Assembly: GCF_964204645.1 (NCBI RefSeq)
Contig: NC_134029.1
Span: 20,206,950-20,270,949 of the forward strand
DNA from: Tubulanus polymorphus
Lineage: Eukaryota > Animalia > Nemertea
Length of the DNA stretch: 64,000 nucleotides
Direction of reading: 5' to 3'
Part shown: piece after piece, positions 39,549 through 52,869 of the stretch
How positions within the stretch are numbered: the first letter of the stretch is position 1
Layout: each line of letters opens with the position of its first letter
Notes under the pieces: generated by a model
The model's database searches: none
Told to the model about the DNA's origin: nothing
What the model saw: only the letters and a program-made list of their open reading frames with translations
Translations under genes and position numbers: made by a program

Positions 39549-40782
39549 AGCCAATCACTGAACGAGGTGGGAGACTGTGTTGATGTAACACGAGTAAGAT
39601 GAATTACTTTCGTCCATAACGCGATCGTCGAAACAAGATATTTATTTTTCGAAACAACCTGCTCTTGCCGATAATACTTTTTTGTGTTGACATTAGTTCT
39701 TACCGACGGAGTCGTGCGACAATCAAGTATAGCAAGGTTCGCTTATGATTTATTCACGTCGAAATGCCGACGCCAGATTGAATGAGCTAATATTCGGAAA
39801 CGACTATGAGCGGGCGAGGGGGATATATCGTACGTCCCAGTGTTATACGCACGCACGGATTCTCGACCGAGAAGCGAACGTGGCCATTAGCCAGCGGTGA
39901 AAACTCATTCACTGTACACACACACACACAAACGCCCGGAGACGTGATAAATCATAAACCGTTCGTAATAAGACGTTTTCATATCGCGCGATCGGGACTC
40001 GAAACCCGATGTTCTGAGACCGGTAGAAATTGCGCTGTTCAGCGCGAGCGCGCCGATGATGAATCCCATTTCTGATCCGACTAACGCCGATGTTTATCTT
40101 TGTGCGACACACGTGGGAAGTTTTCATCACCTTCTGACTGTTTAGTGGTATTAAATGATTAGGATCTCGGTAATCGATCCATACCTACTAAATATTTGTT
40201 TTGACATGTATTAAGCCGACAAAACATCGATATCAAACGCTCGTTCTCGTTGTCGTCATGACATTGATGTCGTTGATACGTCTGCCCACCCTGGTAACCG
40301 AGACCCACTTGTGATAAGCAGTGTTTAGATTTCAGGTAGAATATCGGATCGCGAAAACTAGATCGGATGTCGATTTGGGTATGGAGAAACTAGCTAGCTC
40401 CCTCGTACAGATTTGTGGCGTGAATCTTTTTTATCCGATTTGAAAATTGACCAGTGACCGATGAGAGGGACGTTGGTTATCGGGGCTATTGCTCGTGGGA
40501 AATCAAATCTCGGCGACACGTTATAACCCGGGAACGCCGCTCCGTCGACGTTGTGAAATAAATCATCGCGTTTCTATGTATCTCGCAATTGACAGGAGTT
40601 CAGTTTTGCCGACCGTGAAAGATTCATGGATGCAGATTGAGATCGGGTAGATATAGAGTACAGATCTAACTACGACTACTGTTTGGGAGTAGTTACAACT
40701 CTTTACAGAGCTCAGTTTCTCCTTATGATATCAAAATATGCTCAAAATCTGAATGGTACTGGGGTCGAGATCGGGTAGGGAT

Positions 40783-41233
40783 GGGGTAGATACCCCCACA
40801 GTGTGGGGTTGAGATTAAGTGGAGATGGGGTAGATATCGCTATGGTACGGGGGAGGGTAGATATCGCTGTGGCATTGGGGAGGCTAGATACCACTTTGGA
40901 GTGGGCGCGGGTAGATACCACTGTGGCACAGTGGAGGGTAGATATCGCTGTGGTGCGAAGGGGAGGGAAGATATTGCTGTGGTACAGGGGGAGGGTAGAT
41001 ACCGCTGTGGTGGGTGTGGCACGGGGGGGACGGTAGATCTGTGGCACGGAGAGACTGGGTAGATATCGCTATGGTACGGGGGAGGGTAGATATCGCTGTG
41101 GCATTGGGGAGGCTAGATACCAATGTGGAGTGGGCGCGGGTAGATACCACTGTGGCACAGTGGAGGGTAGATATCGCTGTGGCACAGGGGAGGGTAGATA
41201 TTGCTGTGGTACGGGGAGATGGGGAGGGTAGAT
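40783..41233. repeat. G-rich ~28-bp minisatellite with higher-order duplication
   Basis: Unit gggtagatatcgctgtggcac...; block ~40828-40950 repeated at ~41057-41180. Confidence 0.9.
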
Positions 41234-43804
41234 ATAAAGCGCGATACGCCTCATTATCGTAAGATGCTGTCAAAGCTACCGTCGATTTAATTTGTATTTA
41301 TACAATCCGTCTGCCACGACCTGCCACGATCTGCCACGACGGCAGCAGCCGCAAAATCAAGCGGCGTGTTTTGAATCGCAGCCGATGGAAAACCAATAAA
41401 CATAATCTTTCACCTTCGTTTGTCTTCGGTCTGAAATTAGTTTAGCGTTTCACGTTCTTCGCGTTCGTTCGCTCTCTCACTTGGCTTTTTCGCTGATTAA
41501 ACTGTGTCGCCGTCATATTCCGTGTAATTTGGAAGAATTGAAATCATCGTCGATTCTTCGTCGTCGTCGTCTGCCTGAAGATTGTGAACGTCGTCGCCCG
41601 ATTGAAACGAGTCGCGAAGAAAAATGATGAACAGGATTTATCATTTAATCCGTCGTGAAGGCGATCTTTGAACTTCACGAGTCACGTTTGGATTCGCGCA
41701 AAACAAACAGCGTTCGACGATGAATTCGGAATGAAGTTAAGAAAATAAGACGCTTTTTTCGCTTAGTTTCAGAATTCGTCGAAGTTGTTGAAGTCGCGCA
41801 CTGATTTTTTTTGCGTCTTTGAAGTGGAATAACTTTGAAAATCTCGTGTTATCCTGGTCCCTAAGACTCCTTGATAACTCTTTCAAAATAGAAAAATGCT
41901 TTAATGATGCTCCATTGATTCTAAACAAAACGCCCAAAATTCTTTCAAAACTTCAATTTTGAGGAATCGGCAATTAGAAATTTTTGTCTAGTTTGTAGTT
42001 ATACATGGGCTATACCCGTAATTCAATACAGTTGGGACCTGGACTTTTGTACTCTTTTAAGTGGTTACCAAATTAGTAACTGAGTTTAGGTAGTCCATAG
42101 GATAAAAATTTGCTTACAAAACCACTGAATTAATGGTTAATTGAGATTGTAATTGGGATATGAAAGTGATGCTGATGCTTCATTGAAATTTGAAATTATC
42201 GGCGTAAGACTCCTTGAAAACTCCTTATATCCAGGAAATACTGATCTGTAGGGACCTTGCTGGTTATAATCATGGGCGGAATGTTATCGCGCAGAATTTT
42301 CTACCAGCTTTTAATAATTAGCGATTATTACTGTAAGTTTAAAGGTGAAGCCGAAGACCGATGAATATACCTCGTGGCTGGGCGAGATTGCGTCGTCGTC
42401 GTCGTCGTCATTTCAGAAGCTTGATTAAATCAGAAAACCATTTTTCGCTCAGTTTGCGAAGTGTGCTTCGCGAGATAGGAAAAGTGTTGAAGGCTAGCTT
42501 TCATATAAATGCGTAATCGGGCTTTCTCGTATAGGCAGCGCCGCGGTACTGCCGGGCAATCGAGCGAAATATTTACGACCGAAATTAAAACGTAATTCAT
42601 TCGCCATTTTGCCGCGTTCGACTTCATTAATCTATGGCCTCGATTTCGCTTTGAATAATGAAACCCGATTTATTATGAAATCTCGACGCCAAGCCTTGGT
42701 AGTGGGGGGATATTACCACGCTGAGACACCGATGAAGAAAGCTGATTCATTCTTGGCTCGGAGTAGTAAGACTTGTCTGCAAGTTCCTGGTAAACCCGCG
42801 GCACCATATGTCATCCAATTCCTCGATACCTCTCATTAGTAACCATGAACTCAAATAGTGTTATTTCTAATTTGAAGGTGTTGTTTCCTAGTCTTGCATT
42901 TCGTTACTCATGATGAATGGTAGAGTTTTTCAAATTCTAAGGATGGGTCCCAGGAAATATTTCGATGCGCCGATTATTGCTTTTTATAGCTACAAAAACC
43001 TTCTGAGCTATAAGCTGATTTCTTTTTATGGTTCGGATGGTTTACTTTACTTGAAATACCATACTTTTAGTTGACTGCAGTGGATCGTCTTTCAACTATC
43101 AGTGAAATCATGGTTTCTATTTTGCCATCTGGTGGTGAATCAATCTAACTTTCCGCAATCCACAGTCGTTTCCGAGACGGCATCACTGAGCGAGCGATCA
43201 CCTTCCAGCATTGTGCATGCACAAACCGGACTGCCATCTTTTGCATCAATGCGCAGTGTCATTGCATTTTCGTTCGGTCGCGTGCTTCACTAGTAGTCGT
43301 CTGAAATTTCGACGCAATGAAGTACCGAGGCGCCATCTCGAGGAGTAATCTGAAAACGAATGAAAAACTGAAGTGTCTGCAACTTCGACGCACTCGAAGT
43401 CAAAAATGCATTTAGGCATGACATTTTAAAAGCTTGGACGGGTTATTTATTTAGATCGGAAAAATTATTCCGCTTCTTAACGTGCTTCTTAACTTTTTTC
43501 ATCTTTGTAAAAGCTGTCTGTTTATTTTTTCCCGATAATGCGCATGCTTCTGAAAAGGAATCTTTTGCAACAAAATGATTGTGGTGGGAGTCATCAGTTT
43601 TAGAAATACCTGAAAAACATTGTTTTCATATCCTCTCATAAGTCTACACTGGTGGATGTGCTTGCTACGCCTGTGGCGGAATGGACTTCGTGGTATCGCG
43701 AAATCTGACTAATCCACGCAATTAGATTACACCAATGCATAGTGATGTATGAAATTATGTCTTGTCGATCTCTCTAACTCTCATCAAAGTCTACCAAATT
43801 AAGA

Positions 43805-43968
43805 GAGGCGCAGTGGCCAAGTGGTTTAAGCCGCCGGTCACTGGTCTGTGTTCAAACCCTGGTGGCGACAGAGTTTCTTGGTCGAAGGTTCTTCTCTGGT
43901 CTCTCCCTCATTGGGAAAAAGAAACATCGAACCATGCGTGGTGCTTAGCGGATTGAGGGTGTTAAAAG
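43805..43968 (+). mobile_element. tRNA-derived SINE-like fragment
   Basis: A box tggccaagtgg and B box gttcaaacc without a complete cloverleaf. Confidence 0.55.
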
Positions 43969-45351
43969 ATTTTTAAAAAAGAAAGTCTGCCAAATCGGTC
44001 AATTTGGGCGTATCTGTGACAAACTCGAATCCACATCCGAATCTATAAGAATCGTCAGATCAGTATGTGTATACATATGTCGAGTATGATTCAATCGACG
44101 ATTCGACCGTCAACGACGATGTCGTTACATTTAGATATTCGATGGTGAACACTTGTTTCCCCGCTGTCGAGAATAGCGATTCGCTTTAGTTCGCCGCCAG
44201 CATGAATACAGCCTACATCATCATCATTCGCTGTCTGTAAGACGAAATCAATTACACTTAGCGTGTTTCGTGCTGTTTCCTCCTTCGTCCTCTTGCTCTC
44301 GTCGTCCTTGAGAGCCGCCGGTTAATGGCAGAAGAAGATTCGACGCGCTATCCGTTCTTAATCAGTATACGCCGTAATTCGATTGCCTCTTCGCGCCACT
44401 AGAGGGAGTTCTTTCGGGTTTGATGGACGCATCTTTCCGCGAGCGACGATTTGTTTTGTACACATGCTCGACACGAATAGAGTCGCTCAGCTCGAAGCGA
44501 GTTAAGTAATTCAAGGGACTCGAGTTATAAAGGCTTGATTCGAGAAACTGGTGTTAATGGGATTTGGTTAAGATCTTAGCCTGACCGTGAGCCTAGCTAG
44601 CACGGCAGGATATTAATGCGAAAGGTTTTCTGACTTCGGTGTTTGTGCGTCGCTCCGAAACAAAGATATCAGAAACAAGAAACACTGATATACAATGATC
44701 ATTTAGTGACGACAAGTGGATCACATGACGGATTCAAATCACTGCCATTTTATATCAAGTGATCGCCAGTGATGCTGTAGTTTTGTTTCGATGTGTTTTT
44801 TTTTTAATTCACTGATGTTTAACAAAACATAGGAACACAAAATCTGTTTCTCGTTTTGAAGTTTTCCTCATTGCGTGCCCTAAGCCTTAGATCTCTGGTC
44901 ACAACTGACCTCGCGTATATATGTGTCGACCACCATGTTCCTCTTCATAGCTGTCCGCATCCTTTCGGTCAAGGACTGGCAGAGTCAATTGACCCCACAA
45001 TCTATATCGGGTCCAAAATAACATCTCATTTTTCAATCATTTTCCGCCATAAAGTGTAAATGTCACCGTAGTCATGCTTGTCTGGAATAATCAGTGATTT
45101 TTTGGTCACCTCTCTGAATTCATTGTGCAGTTTTTCTTCCATTCATTCTCGTGTTTGATGGTGTGTATTCATTGCTCACCTATCATCATTCAATCAATGT
45201 AATCTGTTATTGGATCATACTACGCTACTCCATTTCCGTGTGAAATTTCCCAGATGTTACGGTGCTCGAATTGGCGGCGGCGTTTCCCCCTCGAAAAACC
45301 ACGATCTCGAATATCCTGCTCCATCCATCATGAATCTAACTAACATTCTTA

Positions 45352-45777
45352 AAGCTCACACAACACACAGGGAAACAGAAACATGAAACAGAAACCGAGT
45401 ATTTCCCTGTGTCGGAAATGAGAAACATGGTTTTGGGGATAATGTATCTCAGATCAGATATGTTTCAGAGAAACAAGAAACATTTTTTTAGGAACAAAGT
45501 TACCGATATCAGATATGTTTGAGAGAAACAAGAAACATCGTTTCAGGAACAATGTTTCTCAGATCACACATGTTTGAGAGAAACAAGAAACATGGTTTCA
45601 GGAACAATGTCACCAATATCGGACATGTTTTAGAGAAACAAGAAACATTTTTTCAGGAACAAAGTTACCGATATCAGATGTGTTTTAGAGAAATGAAAAA
45701 CATGGTTTTGGAAACAATGTTTCCGCGATCAAAGGTGTTTGATTCCGCATTTTCGCGCGTCATGCGCGTCGGGCTTT
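45352..45777. repeat. ~55-bp GAAACA-rich minisatellite, probably inside a TIR element; related array ~50390-50822
   Basis: gagaaacaagaaacat about every 55 bp; both loci end with similar tgttt.gattc...catg.g..tcgggctt. Confidence 0.75.
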
Positions 45778-46658
45778 AAAGCGCGCGAGCGCCGAGCATT
45801 CGCCATCTCTGACAATCGCGATTATTAAAAAGGAACGAGGAGCTCAATGACTGATAGCGTTTTAATATCTCGTTTCCGCGTGGTTTATTCACACCGACCG
45901 AGTAATGAAGACATTAATGGCCACCGATACTCCTCGATATAAACGTAATCGGTGATTAATAGATCGGTAATTAATTACCGCTAGTTACGTTCGATAGTCT
46001 AGCCGTCGTGGTAAGTAACTATCTACTCGGCGAGTAGGAGAAGCACGGCTGTCGTGTCTTGTCCGTGTTTTGCCTCGCGTGTGTGAAATGCTTATACCGC
46101 GCCGGAGCCGTGCGAGCCACGCAACGCATGCACGCGCGCATCACCGGTGCATTCGAGAGTGGAAGAGCGCGCCGACGGTCGACAACAATGACAATGATAA
46201 CCGTGGAAACGAACGCGACCAAACTACGCCGCGGCGTTTTCGCTTTTGCGGAAGTATAATCTAATAAGAATAATTTCTAGTGACCGAATACGAAAACTAA
46301 TTAATTTTTTTTGCGGCGACCTGTTTTTCGCTGCGTACCTCCGACCCGGCACCAGGCAATCATCGATTTCGGGGACGATGATTACTTTACTCTTATTAAT
46401 ACCGATAGAATAATGGAATATCATCGGGATTATTTCGTAATAAGCCTACACTCGCGGGATAAGGAGTCGCATCTCTATTTCTGAGTATTCGAACCATTGT
46501 TCCTACGTCGTCGTCGTATGCATCGTAATGATCACGTATTTTCGACGGGGTACTTCGTGTTTCTCTCTCTCTCTCTCTTGTACCGAGTCGTCATTGATGT
46601 CGTTTCGTCGTAAAAGCCGCTGTCGGTCGCCGGCGTCGTCATCGTCATCGTTCTGAAT

Positions 46659-46750
46659 ATGGGTAACAAACATTCGAATTCGAAACCGTGCGGCTGTCTG
46701 TCGCCGAAACGACGACCACGGCTCATTCAAGTCGAACCGCAGTATAAAAC
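46659..46750 (+). other. Candidate first coding exon MGNKHSNSKPCGCLSPKRRPRLIQVEPQYK (phase 2)
   Basis: MGxxxS N-myristoylation pattern, CGC, basic patch, consensus GTAAGT donor at 46751, upstream (CT)n tract. Confidence 0.5.
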
Positions 46751-48211
46751 GTAAGTTCATCTTTAACCTTATCATCAATCTGTGTCTTATTACTACATTT
46801 CGTTTGACGAGAATCGAATACAATTTCAGATTTCATCAAATTTGCGTTGTTTACATTTTTTCGTTTTTGTCCTTGGGACCAAGTTGCCTAATGGGGAACC
46901 AATAGGGAACCTACCAATAGGGAACCTACCAATGCTACTGTGGCAATCGTGGATTCCACTTATGGCAGGCGAGGATCCACCAGGTTCGCTAGTAGTTAGC
47001 CTGTCTTCCGCATTCGATTTCTTCTGCATTTCAGTAAAAACTGAATGAACGTTTTTGTTGGATGATTAACTATTATAATTAGTGATAACTATACCGACCG
47101 CTGAGTGGGAAAGAATTAAGCTTAAGTAAATTTAGTTGGTCTTGTCATAACATATGGATTTTGGCGCCTGAAAATGAACTAATTGATAATAAACTAGTTT
47201 GATACTGAGTGCTCGTCGCGCCATCTGGTGGTATAGCTGGTGTTACGGGTCCCTATTGCCTGGCCGGTTCATGTTGACTATAACCAATGGATTCTCACAG
47301 CTGCAAAACTGGACCCTGAGCCAATTTGAAAATGCAGGCGTTTGAGCAAATAATGCTTTCAGTTGAGAAAAATTGGAACTTTTTTCCCGTCAGTTTCATC
47401 TTGGAGGCAAGAAATATGAGTTGAAAAATCAAAGTAATCTACAACTGCAATCAGTTACTAGATGTCTTTTCATTTAGCGAACTTTAAGGTTCATTAATTA
47501 CAGATTCCTCCACATTCGACAAAAGAGCGCTTTATCCTTTGGGCTATGATGCGTAAGTCGATGAACCTTTCCATTTTTACGCGACCGTTTTTTGAGGACG
47601 CAAGACACGTACGTAGTCGCGGAAACCGACGTTTCGAACGATCAGTATTCGGCATCGATTGTAAACTGATAAGAACTGATATTTAGACGCGACTTCCATT
47701 CGATATATTCTTCTTTGATCTCGCCGAAGATAACGCGAATAATTTATATATCATCGGCGTTGTCAGCGGCGGCGTTTCAATAGTTTCAGTCGATTCGCTG
47801 CTCTCGTCGTATTTCAATATCGTATGCAAATATCTCGACTATAAACGCATAGCATTATTAGAGCCACGTGTAGATGATCCGGCCCAGGTCGAATTAGCCC
47901 GTATTGGACCCGAGTCAAATTTGGCCCGTGTCTTATTAGAGAGTGTGTTCACTCATAAACCACTCACTACATACTGAACAATCAAAGTGTCAATTCCAGA
48001 ACCAATTGCAATTCACATGCAATAATTTGGCCCATGCTAAAATTTGGCTGGGGCCTGGTCTATTTTTTTTTGGATGGGCCAAACAGGAACGGCTCGCTTT
48101 GCTCCTATATGTGAACAGCTGGTCCGGGCCAATCGCGGCTATACTCCTGATTCAGTACCAGCACTTCAATCAAGTTTGAATTGACCATGTAGACCTTCGA
48201 AATCAAACCAG

Positions 48212-48349
48212 GGGCCGGTTGCATAGTCGTGGCTTAGACTTAAGACCAGTCTAAGACCAACTTAGTTCTATAGCCAATCTAACAATTTAAGACCAGTCTT
48301 AAGATTTAAGACCACTTTCGGACTTAAGTCACGACTGTGCAACTGGGCC
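48212..48349. mobile_element. Harbinger-like MITE (ttaagaccagtc family)
   Basis: cag|gggccggttgca ... tgcaactgggcc|ctg; near-identical to 35513 copy. Confidence 0.85.
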
Positions 48350-48351
48350 CT

Positions 48352-48612
48352 GGACAGTATGAAAACATTATCGATAGAGCTGGGCCCATTGTCATGAAGC
48401 CCATCCAATGCATGGTGAATGCGCTTCTTCATTGTTTTTGAGTCTGCCTTCTAAGCAGTTAGAATTGAACCTGATTCCGACCAGGACAGTATGAAAACAT
48501 TATCGATAGAGCTTGGCCCATTATCATGAAGCCCATTGGTTGCATGGTGAACGTGCTTGTTAATGGTTTTTGAGTCCGTCGTCTAAGCAGTTAGAATTGA
48601 ATCTGATTCCGA
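48352..48612. repeat. ~131-bp tandem duplication
   Basis: ggacagtatgaaaacattatcgatagagct ... ctgattccga twice. Confidence 0.9.
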
Positions 48613-49192
48613 GGCCATTCTGCGACTCTTCTTGCGCTGGCGTCTTCACATTTGAGCACAGACGCGAGGGTTTAACGTAAACACAATTCAATTGAATTCG
48701 AGCTCGACGCTCGTCTTAAGGGCTCGTACAATAGGTCGCGTAGAGAATGGAACTGACTCGAATAATCGATATCGCCGAAGAGATAAGCACGCACTTCGCC
48801 GACGCAATCCATTTAGGAAGAGCTGGTATTTGATTGTTCGCATGACTGATCCAGTGATCATTCGACTATGTGGTTCAATAAATTGAATTGCCTGTTGAAC
48901 CTTGTTCGAGACTCTATTTATTTCTACAATATGAACTGCCTCCTTATCCAGCGCCGCAGCCGCTGAGCTCGCAGCGCTCTGTATTAAGCTGTTTATGAAT
49001 GACGAGGTTCAGCCCCTGGTTGTAGGTATTTGATGATTATGAATTTACTGACGCGGCTGCATTACCTATATCAACGATTTTCTCACAGCATCGGCAAATT
49101 GGGAAAAACTGACATTTCAAAAATTGTATTTCCCCGTTTGGTAGCGTTTGCAGGTTTGGAAATATTTTAGCATGAGTCAAAGGATTGCATGT

Positions 49193-49519
49193 CATGGTTC
49201 CCATAGAACAGGGAAATTGGGAAAAACAAAGGAATTTTGAAATGATGATTCCCAGTTTGGTAATATTTGGGAATTTCGAGAAATTTTCCTCAAATCGGGG
49301 AAATATTTGGGAAATTCATTTACATTTCACGTATCGTATTTGCCACGTGCAACTTCCTTCAGCAATTTCCCTTGAGAATCACCTTTATCAACCAGTCACC
49401 ACTAAAATGTTGACTGTAGTATATGATCGTATCTGTTCATTTCCATTTGGGAAAATTGAAAAATCACCCATGAAATATTTGGGAAAAACCTTTTAATTCA
49501 TGTTACTGCGGGAACCATG
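49193..49519. mobile_element. CATGGTTCCC-terminated element (hAT-like); copies 54279-54839 and partial ~56835-57110
   Basis: catggttccc / gggaaccatg ends; shared tttgggaa-rich body. Confidence 0.75.
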
Positions 49520-52500
49520 CCATGTGTATGCTTACCGGTTCGGAAAGTGACTCAAATCACTTCAGTCTTTCAAATTTGGTATGAGCCATATATAACTCAG
49601 GGGGTCTGATCCGTGCCAATTTGGCCCGGACCAAATCATCACCGCATGATCGCGGCTAGCCTCGAGTAACTCGCTGTTCATACACGCCGATCAATCTTGA
49701 TATTTTGCGTCCTCAAATCTTTACGCGCCGATGTTGTTTCTGTATTTCTCGTGTTGACTAGGGACTTTTTCTGTCGGCTTCCAAAATTCGTGATCGATCG
49801 CCTTGTAATCTATCATTGTAGTTAAAAATGCCTTTGTTAAAAGAATGAAGCGATAAATACTTGTTATTGATTTAACTGTTTAACTGTGTAATTGATGATC
49901 TGGCGGCTTTTCTCAATTTCGAAGCTTATCAATTCATTTCGATAATGGTTTCCCTTAATATGATCCAGTCTTCGGGGAAAATAATAAATCTCCTCAACGG
50001 CGACGGCAAATATTAGAATCCAGGGAATGATCTGAATTTTTCCCTCCAGGGTAGTGGTGGGGATACGTGAGATAGTGGGTACCTAGGAATAAGCGGAGTC
50101 TTCAGAGACTTTTTAGATGTAATGTAGTTATTATATTGTAATACAGTATGTATAATGATGAGCCGAGCGGGATCAATTTTGTAAAGAAATCTTAAGTTAC
50201 CGAAAGAAACCATTGATGAAACACTATTAGTCTTAAGTTGTAATGATGATGTGGAGAAATCCCATTCTCGCAAAGAAAAACTATCCAGAAATGGTTTCCT
50301 CTATTTTTGTTAATGATTTATTTTCAATGTTTTGACTATATCCTTATAGTCATCTGAAGGAATATTACAGTATTCATGAATGTTAAAAATGAATAACACA
50401 CATGACAAGGAAACATGGAAACAAGAGACAGAAACATGTTTCCTACATACACAATGCAAGGAAACATTGTATCAAGAGACAGAAGCATGTTTCCAATGCA
50501 CAGGATGCAGGGAAACAGAAACAAAGACTGAAAAATGTTACCAATGCAGACCATTCACGGAAACAAGAAGCAGAAACATATTTCCAATGTATACGACACA
50601 TGGAAACAAAGAGACGGAAACATGCTTCCAATGCATACGACTCAGGGGAACATGGAAACAAGAGAAAGAAATATGTATCAAGCGCACAACACATGGAAAC
50701 ATGGAAACAATCTATAGAAATGAAATGTTTTCGAGCGTTTTCCTGTGAAGTGGGCGTATACGCTAAACGAGAAACATGTTTCGATTCTGTGTTTGCCTGT
50801 TTCCGTCGCATGAGTCGGGCTTCAAGGAAATCTGATCTTTTCTTCCCGAACGCGGGATTTTTCTGTATTACCGAAAGAAAACCTGCAAACGGAATCGGTC
50901 GAATCGAAGAACGAACGAACGACGCTTCAGCGGTATCAACTCGAAATGGAACCTAAACTCCTGGCGTAGAGACTTCAAACGAAAAAAATAGAAACCCACC
51001 TGACGACGAGACGCGAAGATATAATCCGATTGATAAACTCTAGTTACCGTGGAAACAAATACAATACGGTTCAGCCATTCGAAGAGCGATTCATGCCGTC
51101 GAATATAAAAGGTTTATCAGGAATTTCTGCGCGAAATGAATTCTATTCAGTACCAGAGACGACTGAACGTGATGAAACGAGATATTGTAACCGGGTTTAA
51201 CGACCACGAGGAATCTAAGTCGTATTGAATCACGAATAAGGTGTGATTATGAATAAAACATTTGAAGTTGACTGACGAAGATTAGTTCCGACAATCTTCA
51301 ATTCAATTAATATTTATCGCAGACGCGACGAGTAATTACTTTCTTGTCTCACTTTGATTTTTTTTTCCTGACGTAATATGTCTTGTCACGTACCTTGCAA
51401 AACCAAACCGTATCAACGCGTTAATGATTTATGTCTATTTGGCAATGTGGAGTTATGGATCCCGTCGAGTCAAAATCTTTCAACTCAGGAGATGAAATTA
51501 TTCGATTTTCAATCTGGGTCATAATGTATGAAAAACCGATTTAGTCGACTAAATCCTATTCAGTCAGCTGTTTTGTCAGTTGGTTGCTAAGTCATGATAA
51601 GCCCGAAAATAAGCTAGAATCTTAAGACCATTCAAGAGCGAAATAACTGAACTGGTCTTAGTTAGATCTAATGGCTGGCATAGGTCTGCAACTGCTTGCA
51701 CGCGAGGGCGCAGATCTAGGGCTAGCAGATGCAAGTTGACATTGGCCTGGCTTGTATCATCCTCCCCCCGGCAGGGATTCGAACCTGATGGCATCGAGAC
51801 TCGCCACAAACCCTGCCACACTAGACCGAGTGGACAGCTAAGATAATGTCATTATTAGCCAATCAGATATTCCGTTTTATTTTAGCCCGGGTTTTCCTAA
51901 TAGTTCTTCCGTGAAACGTACCTCAGCGTTTTTTTTTCTTTGAATACCATGTTTTTGAAGAAATTAAGTAAATTCGCCGCGGCAATATTTAGAACCTGTC
52001 CAAAATTGGTATTTGGCCGCAGCAATCAAAAATTGCTTCCAACGCGCCTGATATAGCTGGCAGTCGCGAGGCCAACCTACGCTCGGCTTAAGGCGTGATT
52101 GCGTATCTAGCCGGTCAGATTTGAGCATCGTCGAGTAATAAATGAGACCGTAGCTTCTTTCCGGTGCGATTAGAACGGTGTTTATACCCCGATTGCTGGG
52201 TGCGGAGTGTTACGGTGTGATTAATGACACGATATGTCTTTCTCGTGACCTTTCCAAAGGCTTTAGTATGTCACGCGTAATCAGTAATCACTGGCGGCCA
52301 ATTCGTGACGAGTTTGCCCTCATGTGCGATGCGTCTAGGATTAGACCTGTCCGGTCAATGTTGACCAGTCGCTCGCCCGATTATTTTCCAATCTAGTGAT
52401 CCATCATTAACGCGTTGACACGAGCAAACGAGGAAACTTTCTAGATTACGAAAAAAAACCAGTTCCACATTTGATATCAATATAGCCGCGATCACACGGA

Positions 52501-52703
52501 GATGATTCGGCCCGGGCAAAATTGGCCCTGATCAGGCCCGAGTTATATTTGGCCCGTGCCTAATTAGAGAGCCACAGAAACCACTCACTCGATACTAAAC
52601 AATGCTTAAACATAGCGAAGTTTCAGCAATTGGTTCAGCGTGTTTCCCATGCAATTCACATGCAATAATTTGACCCGTGACCCAAAAATTTGGCTCGGGC
52701 CTG

Positions 52704-52869
52704 CAGTGTTTTCGATAAGAATTTAACAAGCCAGGTCCCTTTGAAAAACAGGAGGGTCCCCCCTAAGTCACAGTCCCTCAAACGAAAGCTGGTTTGAAAA
52801 ACAGGCGGGTCCTTTACAAACAACAGATGGGTCTGGGACCTGGGTCCTGGTTCTTATTGAAAACACTGG
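52704..52869. mobile_element. CAGTG-ended MITE with 5-bp TSD (GCCTG), nested in a TAGCCGCGATCA element
   Basis: gcctg|cagtgttttc ... gaaaacactg|gcctg. Confidence 0.85.

Noticed and set aside
43805-43870. tRNA gene (also 57515-57588)
   Set aside because: A and B boxes are present, but there is no complete cloverleaf and the sequence runs on into SINE-like body.
50336-50956. Several overlapping 60-184 aa ORFs with Cys/His repeats
   Set aside because: Derived from the GAAACA minisatellite; no real zinc-finger spacing.
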